40,268 nucleotides of DNA from Nemertoderma westbladi. Lineage: Eukaryota > Animalia > Xenacoelomorpha. The stretch is taken from NCBI GenBank assembly GCA_032718475.1, contig JAUCBJ010000309.1, positions 1 to 40,268 on the forward strand, in the 5' to 3' direction. Each line of letters starts with the position of its first letter. Positions within the stretch are counted from its first letter, which is position 1. A program made the position numbers and the translations under genes. Shown here piece by piece: positions 24,031 through 36,690 of this stretch. Below the pieces are notes generated by a model. The model saw only the letters and a list, made by a program, of their open reading frames with translations. It made no database searches and was not told the DNA's origin.

Positions 24031-27000
24031 TTGATGTCTGTAATGTCCAACACTTACCTAGTCGTGGGAGTATTTGATCACTTGATGTCTGTAATGGCCA
24101 ACACTTACCTACTCGTGGGAGTATTTGATCACTTGATGTCTGTAATGTCCAACACTTACCTAGTCGTGGGAGTATTTGATCACTTGATGTCTGTAATGTC
24201 CAACACTTACCTAGTCGTGGGAGTATTTGATCACTTGATGTCTGTAATGTCCAACACTTACCTATTCGTGGGAGTATTTGATCACTTGATGTCTGTAATG
24301 GCCAACACTTACCTAGTCGTGGGAGTATTTGATCACTTGATGTCTGTAATGTCCAACACTTACCTAGTCGTGGGAGTATTTGATCACTTGATGTCTGTAA
24401 TGTCCAACACTTACCTAGTCGTGGGAGTATTTGATCACTTGATGTCTGTAATATCCAACACTTACCTAGTCGTGGGAGTATTTGATCACTTGATGTCTGT
24501 AATGTCCAACACTTACCTATTCGTGGGAGTATTTGATCACTTGATGTCTGTAATGGCCAACACTTACCTAGTCGTGGGAGTATTTGATCACTTGATGTCT
24601 GTAATGTCCAACACTTACCTAGTCGTGGGAGTATTTGATCACTTGATGTCCGTAATGTCCAACACTTACCTAGTCGTGGGAGTATTTGATCACTTGATGT
24701 CTGAAATGTCCAACACTTACCTAGTCGTGGGAGTATTTGATCACTTGATGTCTGTAATGTCCAACACTTACCTAGTCGTGGGAGTATTTGATCACTTGAT
24801 GTCTGTAATGGCCAACACTTACCTAGTCGTGGGAGTATTTAATCACTTGGTGTCTGTAATGTCCAACACTTACCTAGTCGTGGGAGTATTTGATCACTTG
24901 ATGTCTGTAATGGCCAACACTTACCTAGTCGTGGGAGTATTTGATCACTTGATGTCTGTAATGTCCAACACTTACCTAGTCGTGGGAGTATTTGATCACT
25001 TGATGTCTGTAATGTCCAACACTTACCTAGTCGTGGGAGTATTTGATCACTTGATGTCTGTAATGGCCAACACTTACCTAGTCGTGGGAGTATTTGATCA
25101 CTTAATGTCTGTAATGTCCAACACTTACCTAGTCGTGGGAGTATTTGATCACTTGATGTCTGTAATGTCCAACACTTACCTAGTCGTGGGAGTATTTGAT
25201 CACTTGATGTCTGTAATTGCCAACACTTACCTAGTCGGGGGAGTATTTGATCACTTGATGTCTGTAATGTCCAACACTTACCTAGTCGTGGGAGTATTTG
25301 ATCACTTGATGTCTGTAATGGCCAACACTTTCCTAGTCGTGGGAGCATTTGATCACTTGATGTCTGTAATGTCCAACACTTACCTAGTCGTGGGAGTATT
25401 TGATCACTTGATGTCTGTAATGGCCAAAACTTACCTAGTCGTGGGAGTTTTTGATCACTTGATGTCTGTAATGTCCAACACTTACCTAGTCGTGGGAGTA
25501 TTTGATCACTTGATGTCTGTAATGTCCAACACTTACCTAGTCGTGGGAGTATTTGATCACTTGATGTCTGTAATGGCCAACACTTTCCTAGTCGTGGGAG
25601 CATTTGATCACTTGATGTCTGTAATGTCCAACACTTACCTAGTCGTGGGAGTATTTGATCACTTGATGTCTGTAATGGCCAACACTTACCTAGTCGTGGG
25701 AGTATTTAATCACTTGATGTCTGTAATGTCCAACACTTACCTAGTCGTGGGAGTATTTGATCACTTGATGTCTGTAATGGCCAACACTTACCTAGTCGTG
25801 GGAGTATTTGATCACTTGATGTCTGTAATGTCCAACACTTACCTAGTCGTGGGAGTATTTGATCACTTGATGTCTGTAATGGCCAACACTTACCTAGTCG
25901 TGGGAGTATTTGATCATTTGTTGTCTGTAATGTCCAACACTTACCTAGTCGTGGGAGTATTTGATCACTTGATGTCTGTAATGGCCAACACTTACCTAGT
26001 CGTGGGAGTATTTGATCACTTGATGTCTGTAATGGCCAACACTTACCTAGTCGTGGGAGTATTTGATCACTTGATGTCTGTAATGGCCAACACTTACCTA
26101 GTCGTGGGAGTATTTGATCACTTGATGTCTGTAATGTCCAACACTTACCTAGTCGTGGGAGTATTTGATCACTTGATGTCTGTAATGAACAACACTTACC
26201 TAGTCGTGGGAGTATTTGATCACTTGATGTCTGTAATGTCCAACACTTACCTAGTCGTGGGAGTATTTGATCACTTGATGACTGTAATGTCCAACACTTA
26301 CCTAGTCGTGGGAGTATTTGATCACTTGACGTCTGTAATGTCCAACACTTACCTAGTCGTGGGAGTATTTGATCACTTGATGTCTGTAATGTCCAACACT
26401 TACCTAGTCGTGGGAGTATTTGATCACTTGATGTCTGTAATGGCCAACACTTACCTAGTCGTGGGAGTATTTGATCACTTGATGTCTGTAATGTCCAACA
26501 CTTACCTAGTCGTGGGAGTATTTGATCACTTGATGTCTGTAATGTCCAACACTTACCTAGTCGTGGGAGTATTTGATCACTTGATGTCTGTAATGTCCAA
26601 CACTTACCTAGTCGTGGGAGTATTTGATCACTTGATGTCTGTAATGTCCAACACTTACCTAGTCGTGGGAGTATTTGATCACTTGATGTCTGTAATGTCC
26701 AACACTTACCTAGTCGTGGGAGTATTTGATCATTTGTTGTCTGTAATGGCCAACACTTACCTAGTCGTGGAAGTATTTGATCACTTGATGTCTGTAATGT
26801 CCAACACTTACCTAGTCGTGGGAGTATTTGATCACTTGATGTCTGTAATGTCCAACACTTACCTAGTCGTGGGAGTATTTGATCACTTGATGTCTGTAAT
26901 GGCCAACACTTACCTAGTCGGGGGAGTATTTGATCACTTGATGTCTGTAATGTCCAACACTTACCTAGTCGTGGGAGTATTTGATCACTTGATGTCTGTA

Positions 27001-30000
27001 ATGGCCAACACTTTCCTAGTCGTGGGAGCATTTGATCACTTGATGTCTGTAATGTCCAACACTTACCTAGTCGTGGGAGTATTTGATCACTTGATGTCTG
27101 TAATGGCCAACACTTACCTAGTCGTGGGAGTATTTGATCACTTGATGTCTGTAATGTCCAACACTTACCTAGTCGTGGGAGTATTTGATCACTTGATGTC
27201 TGTAATGGCCAACACTTACCTAGTCGTGGGAGTATTTGATCATTTGTTGTCTGTAATGTCCAACACTTACCTAGTCGTGGGAGTATTTGATCACTTGATG
27301 TCTGTAATGGCCAACACTTACCTAGTCGTGGGAGTATTTGATCACTTGATGTCTGTAATGGCCAACACTTACCTAGTCGTGGGAGTATTTGATCACTTGA
27401 TGTCTGTAATGGCCAACACTTACCTAGTCGTGGGAGTATTTGATCATTTGTTGTCTGTAATGTCCAACACTTACCTAGTCGTGGGAGTATTTGATCACTT
27501 GATGTCTGTAATGGCCAACACTTACCTAGTCGTGGGAGTATTTGATCATTTGTTGTCTGTAATGTCCAACACTTACCTAGTCGTGGGAGTATTTGATCAC
27601 TTGATGTCTGTAATGGCCAACACTTACCTAGTCGTGGGAGTATTTGATCATTTGTTGTCTGTAATGGCCAACACTTACCTAGTCGTGGGAGTATTTGATC
27701 ACTTGATGTCTGTAATGGCCAACACTTACCTAGTCGTGGGAGTATTTGATCATTTGTTGTCTGTAATGTCCAACACTTACCTAGTCGTGGGAGTATTTGA
27801 TCACTTGATGTCTGTAATGGCCAACACTTACCTAGTCGTGGGAGTATTTGATCACTTGATGTCTGTAATGGCCAACACTTACCTAGTCGTGGGAGTATTT
27901 GATCACTTGATGTCTGTAATGGCCAACACTTACCTAGTCGTGGGAGTATTTGATCACTTGATGTCTGTAATGTCCAACACTTACCTAGTCGTGGGAGTAT
28001 TTGATCACTTGATGTCTGTAATGAACAACACTTACCTAGTCGTGGGAGTATTTGATCACTTGATGTCTGTAATGTCCAACACTTACCTAGTCGTGGGAGT
28101 ATTTGATCACTTGATGACTGTAATGTCCAACACTTACCTAGTCGTGGGAGTATTTGATCACTTGACGTCTGTAATGTCCAACACTTACCTAGTCGTGGGA
28201 GTATTTGATCACTTGATGTCTGTAATGTCCAACACTTACCTAGTCGTGGGAGTATTTGATCACTTGATGTCTGTAATGGCCAACACTTACCTAGTCGTGG
28301 GAGTATTTGATCACTTGATGTCTGTAATGTCCAACACTTACCTAGTCGTGGGAGTATTTGATCACTTGATGTCTGTAATGTCCAACACTTACCTAGTCGT
28401 GGGAGTATTTGATCACTTGATGTCTGTAATGTCCAACACTTACCTAGTCGTGGGAGTATTTGATCACTTGATGTCTGTAATGTCCAACACTTACCTAGTC
28501 GTGGGAGTATTTGATCACTTGATGTCTGTAATGTCCAACACTTACCTAGTCGTGGGAGTATTTGATCATTTGTTGTCTGTAATGGCCAACACTTACCTAG
28601 TCGTGGAAGTATTTGATCACTTGATGTCTGTAATGTCCAACACTTACCTAGTCGTGGGAGTATTTGATCACTTGATGTCTGTAATGTCCAACACTTACCT
28701 AGTCGTGGGAGTATTTGATCACTTGATGTCTGTAATGGCCAACACTTACCTAGTCGGGGGAGTATTTGATCACTTGATGTCTGTAATGTCCAACACTTAC
28801 CTAGTCGTGGGAGTATTTGATCACTTGATGTCTGTAATGGCCAACACTTTCCTAGTCGTGGGAGCATTTGATCACTTGATGTCTGTAATGTCCAACACTT
28901 ACCTAGTCGTGGGAGTATTTGATCACTTGATGTCTGTAATGGCCAACACTTACCTAGTCGTGGGAGTATTTGATCACTTGATGTCTGTAATGTCCAACAC
29001 TTACCTAGTCGTGGGAGTATTTGATCACTTGATGTCTGTAATGGCCAACACTTACCTAGTCGTGGGAGTATTTGATCATTTGTTGTCTGTAATGTCCAAC
29101 ACTTACCTAGTCGTGGGAGTATTTGATCACTTGATGTCTGTAATGGCCAACACTTACCTAGTCGTGGGAGTATTTGATCACTTGATGTCTGTAATGGCCA
29201 ACACTTACCTAGTCGTGGGAGTATTTGATCACTTGATGTCTGTAATGGCCAACACTTACCTAGTCGTGGGAGTATTTGATCATTTGTTGTCTGTAATGTC
29301 CAACACTTACCTAGTCGTGGGAGTATTTGATCACTTGATGTCTGTAATGGCCAACACTTACCTAGTCGTGGGAGTATTTGATCATTTGTTGTCTGTAATG
29401 TCCAACACTTACCTAGTCGTGGGAGTATTTGATCACTTGATGTCTGTAATGGCCAACACTTACCTAGTCGTGGGAGTATTTGATCATTTGTTGTCTGTAA
29501 TGGCCAACACTTACCTAGTCGTGGGAGTATTTGATCACTTGATGTCTGTAATGTCCAACACTTACCTAGTCGTGGGAGTATTTGATCACTTGTTGTCTGT
29601 AATGTCCAACACTTACCTAGTCGTGGGAGTATTTGATCATTTGTTGTCTGTAATGGCCAACACTTACCTAGTCGTGGGAGTATTTGATCACTTGATGTCT
29701 GTAATGTCCAACACTTACCTAGTCGTGGGAGTATTTGATCACTTGATGTCTGTAATGGCCAACACTTACCTAGTCGTGGGAGTATTTAATCACTTGATGT
29801 CTGTAATGGCCAACACTTACCTAGTCGTGGGAGTATTTGATCACTTGATGTCTGTAATGTCCCAACACGTACCTAGTCGTGGGAGTATTTGATCACTTGA
29901 TGTCTGTAATGGCCAACACTTACCTAGTCGTGGGAGTATTTGATTATTTGTTGTCTGTAATGGCCAACACTTACCTAGTCGTGGGAGTATTTGATCACTT

Positions 30001-31825
30001 GATGCCTGTAATGGCCAACACTTACCTAGTCGTGGGAGTATTTGATCACTTGATGTCTGTAATGGCCAACACTTACCTAGTCGTGGGAGTATTTGATCAC
30101 TTGATGTCTGTAATGTCCCAACACGTACCTATTCGTGGGAGTATTTGATCATTTGTTGTCTGTAATGGCCAACACTTACCTAGTCGTGGGAGTATTTGAT
30201 CACTTGATGTCTGTAATGGCCAACACTTACCTAGTCGTGGGAGTATTTGATCATTTGTTGTCTGTAATGGCCAACACTTACCTAGTCGTGGGAGTATTTG
30301 ATCACTTGATGTCTGTAATGGCCAACACTTACCTAGTCGTGGGAGTATTTGATCACTTGATGTCTGTAAAGGCCAACACGTACCTAGTCGTGGGAGTATT
30401 TGATCACTTGATGTCTGTAATGGCCAACACTTACCTAGTCGTGGGAGTATTTGATCACTTGATGTCTGTAATGGCCAACACTTACCTAGTCGTGGGAGTA
30501 TTTATCACTTGATGTCTGTAATGGCCAACACGTACCTAGTCGTGGGAGTATTTGATCACTTGATGCCTGTAATGGCCAACACTTACCTAGTCGTGGGAGT
30601 ATTTGATCACTTGATGTCTGTAATGGCCAACACTTACCTAGTCGTGGGAGTATTTGATCATTTGTTGTCTGTAATGGCCAACACTTACCTAGTCGTGGGA
30701 GTATTTGATCACTTGATGTCTGTAATGGCCAACACTTACCTAGTCGTGGGAGTATTTGATCATTTGTTGTCTGTAATGGCCAACACTTACCTAGTCGTGG
30801 GAGTATTTGATCACTTGATGTCTGTAATGTCCAACACTTACCTAGTCGTGGGAGTATTTGATCACTTGTTGTCTGTAATGTCCAACACTTACCTAGTCGT
30901 GGGAGTATTTGATCATTTGTTGTCTGTAATGTCCAACACTTACCTAGTCGTGGGAGTATTTGATCACTTGATGTCTGTAATGGCCAACACTTACCTAGTC
31001 GTGGGAGTATTTGATCATTTGTTGTCTGTAATGTCCAACACTTACCTAGTCGTGGGAGTATTTGATCACTTGATGTATGTAATGGCCAACACTTACCTAG
31101 TCGTGGGAGTATTTGATCACTTGATGTCTGTAATGTCCAACACTTACCTAGTCGTGGGAGTATTTGATCACTTGATGTCTGTAATGTCCAACACTTACCT
31201 AGTCGTGGGAGTATTTGATCACTTGATGTCTGTAATGGCCAACACTTACCTAGTCGTGGGAGTATTTGATCACTTGATGTCTGTAATGTCCAACACTCAC
31301 CTAGTCGTGGGAGTATTTGATCACTTGATGTCTGTAATGTCCAACACTTACCTAGTCGTGGGAGTATTTGATCACTTGATGTCTGTAATGTCCAACACTT
31401 ACCTAGTCGTGGGAGTATTTGATCACTTGATGTCTGTAATGTCCAACACTTACCTAGTCGTGGGAGTATTTGATCACTTGATGTCTGTAATGTCCAACAC
31501 TTACCTAGTCGTGGGAGTATTTGATCACTTGATGTCTGTAATGGCCAACACTTACCTAGTCGTGGGAGTATTTGATCACTTGATGTCTCCAACACTTACC
31601 TAGTCGTGGGAGTATTTGATCACTTGATGTCTGTAATGTCCAACACTTACCTAGTCGTGGGAGTATTTGATCACTTGTTGTCTGTAATGGCCAACACTTA
31701 CCTAGTCGTGGGAGTATTTGATCACTTGATGTCTGTAATGTCCAACACTTACCTAGTCGTGGGAGTATTTGATCACTTGATGTCTGTAATTTCCAACACT
31801 TACCTAGTCGTGGGAGTATTTGATG
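24031..31825. repeat. 51-bp satellite, about 153 copies, in KDM1A intron 2
   Basis: Unit ttgatgtctgtaatgtccaacacttacctagtcgtgggagtatttgatcac; highly homogeneous. Confidence 0.99.
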
Positions 31826-31894
31826 CCAAATATTTCACATTTTGTTATTCTATGTAATTACCGTCTCATTTTGGCTAATTAAATTACAATTCAG

Positions 31895-33180
31895 GTGCTA
31901 GACGAGTAAATCCTTGCTGAGTATAGTAGCAGTGAACAAATAAACATAGCTCTGTACGACGAGTAAATCCTTGCTGAGTATAGTAGCAGTGAACAAATAA
32001 ACATAGCTCTGTGCGACGAGTAAATCCTTGCTGAGTATAGTAGCAGTGAACAAATAAACATAGCTCTGTGCGACGAGTAAATCCTTGTTGAGTATAGTAG
32101 CAGTGAACAAATAAACATAGCTCTGTGCGACGAGTAAATCCTTGCTGAGTATAGTAGCAGTGAACAAATAAACATAGCTCTGTGCGACGAGTAAATCCTT
32201 GCTGAGTATAGTAGCAGTGAACAAATAAACATAGCTCTGTGCTAGACGAGTAAATCCTTGCTGAGTATAGTTGCAGTGAACAAATAAACATAGCTCTGTG
32301 CTAGACGAGTAAATCCTTGCTGAGTATAGTAGCTGTGAACAAATAAACATAGCTCTGTGCTAGACGAGTAAATCCTTGCTGAGTATAGTAGCAGTGAACA
32401 AATAAACATAGCTCTGTGCTAGACGAGTAAATCCTTGCTGAGTATAGTAGCAGTGAACAAATAAACATAGCTCTGTGCTAGACGAGTAAATCGTTGCTGA
32501 GTATAGTAGCAGTGAACAAATAAATATAGCTCTGTGCTAGACGAGTAAATCCTTGCTGAGTATAGTAGCAGTGAAAAAATAAACATAGCTCTGTGCTAGA
32601 CGAGTAAATCCTTGCTGAGTATAGTAGCAGTGAACAAATAAATATAGCTCTGTGCTAGACGAGTAAATCCTTGCTGAGTATAGTAGCAGTGAACAAATAA
32701 ACATAGCTCTGTGCTAGACGAGTAAATCCTTGCTGAGTATAGTAGCAGTGAACAAATAAACATAGCTCTGTGCTAGACGAGTAAATCCTTGCTGAGTATA
32801 GTAGCAGTGAACAAATAAACATAGCTCTGTGCTAGACGAGTAAATCCTTGCTGAGTATAGTAGCTGTGAACAAATAAACATAGCTCTGTGCTAGACGAGT
32901 AAATCCTTGCTGAGTATAGTAGCAGTGAACAAATAAATATAGCTCTGTGTTAGACGAGTAAATCCTAGCTGAGTATAGTAGCAGTGAACAAATAAACATA
33001 GCTCTGTGCTAGACGAGTAAATCCTTGCTGAGTATAGTAGCTGTGAACAAATAAACATAGCTCTGTGCGACGAGTAAATCCTTGCTGAGTATAGTAGCTG
33101 TAAACAAATAAACATAGCTCTGTGCTAGACGAGTAAATCCTTGCTGAGTATAGTAGCAGTGAACAAATAAACATAGCTCT
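31895..33180. repeat. 59/57-bp tandem repeat, about 22 copies
   Basis: Unit gtgctagacgagtaaatccttgctgagtatagtagcagtgaacaaataaacatagctct; the 57-bp variant lacks 'ta'. Confidence 0.98.
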
Positions 33181-33640
33181 ATACGAAACACTCGATATAT
33201 AATTATGTGGCCATAAACCAGATGTGTTAGTAACTCTCTCACTCATATTCTTCATTATGTTTCAGGTAAATTCATTGTACTTTCCATTCATACAAAGATT
33301 TAAACAACATCTAGTGACAGCATTTTAATATTGTTCTCACTAGAAAACTTTCTACTTGTTTTGGGGAGAGAGGGGGGGGGTGGGGGGGGGGGGGGGGGGT
33401 GGGTGGGGGGGGGGGGGGGTAGCCCATAGGAATTTACAATAAAAAAATTTGGGCACTTTATATCCCGCCGGGATGTAAAAGTTTATCTTAAATCCGGCAA
33501 TTTCCACTTTAATTCGGTAATAAAAATGTAACATTTAGGAATAAATCTATATAACATCTCCAACTTGTTGTAAACTAGTTACTGACATAATGTAAATAAA
33601 TAACAAATAATATAATATAGAATAAAATAAAGTCTCTCAC

Positions 33641-33877
33641 CTGTTTCTCCTTTACATCCTTCTCCTGTAGACGTATAACCAACTCTAAGGCTTGCCCCAA
33701 CGACAACGGTTTCCCGCTAACATAGTTCAGATCGAGATGATGAGACATAAAACTCGTCGCCTCTAGAAGTCGATTGAACTCTCGTTCCACCAACTCGTCG
33801 CGTTCCTTCGGTACAGTTACCCCGTTGCTCTCGTATAGAGGGCATTTCTGTTTGATGTGGCTGAGTTCCATGTTAAC
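33641..33877 (-). CDS. KDM1A: LSD1/KDM1A exon 2
   Basis: cccag|GTT; [37 protein letters not shown]...[14 protein letters not shown]; CAG|gtgaga. Confidence 0.97.
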
Positions 33878-34101
33878 CTGGGAGAATTACAAAGAAATTG
33901 GCCCTTCCTGCTCCGGTAGTATGTCAGAAATTACACAAAATGTAATAGAGCAAGAAACCCTGACCAATATTACAGTTAGTATAAATACAAATAGGCTACC
34001 AACCGAATATCAACAACCCAATTATTAATATAATAACATAATAAAGTCTGAAAGTCAAATAAAATAAACAGTTTTATTGTTTTTTAGCTAAATAAACTCA
34101 C

Positions 34102-34680
34102 CTGTTTGCTGATGACCGTCATGGGGTTGCCCCCCAACCCGGTGACCACCATGGCCCCCAGATCCGCTATGTACTGCTCCTTCCGGAACGTGGCTACCCG
34201 GCCCCCCACTCGGTCTCTCGCCTCCACAACAACTACGTCCATCCCGAAGGTCTGCAGTTGCCTAGCGACCGTCAACCCAGAGATTCCCGCTCCTACAACC
34301 ACGACTCTTCCCACCTTCTTTATCGCCAGCGGTCGGAGACGTTTATAGATACCGAAGTTAATCATTCCGTATCGCTCGAGATAGGAAAATATTCGGTTTA
34401 GTAACTGAGAGTCGGGTTGAGAATCAAAGGCCTTTAAGGCGGAATCCAATGTGAGTTCAACCTTTGGGTTATCCAGCCACGCTTGGAGCACTTGGTTACG
34501 GATGGCCACGAATATTTTAACTTTTGTTTCGTTTCCGGCTATATCAGGAAACCTCGCTGTTTCCTGAGTGCTCAGCTTATCGGCCGGAAGTCTAGATTGG
34601 AACGCCGCTCCCTCCATGTTCTGGGAACCAATCTCTTCCTTATCCGCACCCATCGCCGACGAAGATGAGGATATATCCAT
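34102..34680 (-). CDS. KDM1A: LSD1/KDM1A first coding exon (SWIRM and FAD-binding)
   Basis: [21 protein letters not shown] (SWIRM), [35 protein letters not shown]; CAG|gtgagt. The start codon is uncertain. Confidence 0.95.
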
Positions 34681-35327
34681 CAAGATTCAATAGGTCGGTT
34701 GCGCTTGTCGTCGTTCTAATTAGCTAATCGGTTGTTACCTGTGTCGTAGCGGTAGGCCCCGAAAGCGTAAGGTAGGCTGCTTAAGGTCAAATCAAAACAC
34801 AGTAGGCCTACTTCTGTGCTACCGTACTGCTGTACTGCATTAAATTACCGGTACCAGTACTGTACTAGCCTAGGGGGAAAAATTAAGTTTCTTTATGTTA
34901 AATAAAATGTATTCTGAATCCGATTAACACACTTAGAAGGCCATACTCCCACGTATAACTGAGATATTTATCGTTTCAAAACCACATATATGCCAGTTTT
35001 GCATAGACCGAATGATAAATGATTTTTATAAAACAACCTATATAGGCCTAATACATTTTACTATTATAATAAATACCGGTAGGGTAAGCCCGGGAAACGT
35101 TGATACAAAATTGGAAACAACGAATCAGGAGGTAGAATATCCCCCTATCTGTTATTATGATAGGGGGAGATTTAATTTTATTTAGGGTTTGTAATGCTTT
35201 TTAAGTAATCATTGTAAAAAATGTAATAAATTTTTTTGAACGCGAAACAACCTATATCCCTATACATAGTTTCCTACCTAATATGTGACATAATTCCAAT
35301 ACCATAACAATTTTTGTTTAAAATCCT

Positions 35328-36093
35328 GGAAGGTACTTAACGAGCAACACGCCCGAACACAGTCGAACACTCACAAACACACTCCAAAAACTGTGGAACA
35401 CAATCGAACACAGTCGAAAATAGAAAGAGCATAAAACAATAACACCGGGTACCAACGTTTAGATAAAATTAGCCACGCGTTGCTTTTCTATAAGTAAATT
35501 CCCGAAATTATTGAATAAAATCGTCGCGAAATTAAATATTCATTTCTTATCAGATCAGCTGATGGTAACAGGTATCATGTCGCATACCAGTAGGTTGGAA
35601 ACAAAAAATTCTTAATTTGTTGTGTACTGCTGTACTGTATAACAAACTATCTAGGGGAGCCTACCGGGTACCTGTCACATATATAGTACGAGTACCTAAT
35701 AGCGTTTTAGCTAATAGGCCTGTTTGCCTGTGTACTGGAACAGCTTGGGCTGGGACTGATTGCTGAAGATATGAATTAGGAAGTTAGGCCTACCACCGGT
35801 TACCGTACGTACATGACATGACGTACGGTGGTATCGGTACAACATAGCTACCTGAATAGCCAGTACCAGTACCAGTACCTGACTATTTAATTTCGCGACG
35901 ATTTTATTCAATAATTTCGGGAATTTACTTATAGAAAACCAACGCGTGGGTAATTTTATCTAAAAGTTGGTACCCGGTGTTATTTTTTGTGCTCTTTCTA
36001 TTTTCGACTGTTTTCGATTGTGTTCGGCAGTTTTTTGAGTGTGTTCGGGTGTGTTCTACTGTGTTCGGTCGTGTTGCTCTTTAAGTACCTTCC
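35328..36093. mobile_element. MITE/foldback-like non-autonomous element with about 210-bp inverted repeats
   Basis: 35328-35538 (ggaaggtacttaa...cgtcgcgaaattaaata) is the diverged reverse complement of 35884-36093. Confidence 0.85.
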
Positions 36094-36265
36094 CTTCCTA
36101 AAATCGTTACATTTAATGAATTTACAAGTAAATAAGACTAAAATCCTGGAATATTACTTGCAAACAAACTTAGAATCAAAAATGCCGTTTTACAGGAATA
36201 GTCAATTTTATCATTTAGGTTGTTTGAAAAATGAAAGGGACGAAATTGTGTAATACAATTCTTAC

Positions 36266-36499
36266 CTAGGTTATCCAACAAGAAACTTAATGCACTAGCA
36301 GTGTAGGCCATTGTGTCTGTTCCGTGAAGTATGACAAAACCCCGATAGTCTTTGTAGTTCTCCTTTATATCCGTGGCAACACGAATCCACTCCACCTGGC
36401 TCATGTTACTACTATCCAATAATGGCTCGTATTCTAGAATATGGTAAACAACGCGTCGCCCTTTGTTTGAGAATGGCAATACCAGCATTGTTATATCGT
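36266..36499 (-). CDS. ASPG: ASPG-like exon (asparaginase N-domain)
   Basis: aacag|AC; EYEPLLDSSNM...GFVILHGTDTMAYTASALSFLLDNL; G|gtaaga joins in phase to GT AAA CCA at 18591 (NLG|KPVILTG). Confidence 0.95.
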
Positions 36500-36509
36500 C
36501 TGTTAAAAT

Positions 36510-36690
36510 AACAATAACTGTGATTGGATGATTGATGCCTAACAATGACTTTGATTGGATGATTGATTCCTAACAATAACTGTGATTGGATGATTGATGC
36601 CTAACAATGACTTTGATTGGATGATTGATTCCTAACAATAACTGTGATTGGATGATTGATGCCTAACAATGACTTTGATTGGATGATTGG
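36510..36690. repeat. 31-bp repeat, 6 copies alternating A/B (62-bp dimer)
   Basis: aacaataactgtgattggatgattgatgcct / aacaatgactttgattggatgattgattcct. Confidence 0.95.

Noticed and set aside
24031-29892. 1953-aa ORF and the antisense 1053-aa ORF
   Set aside because: Product of a stop-free 51-bp unit (a multiple of 3); intronic, open on both strands, and broken by indels further along.
24031-33180. CRISPR-like array
   Set aside because: No unique spacers, no cas genes, spliceosomal gene context.
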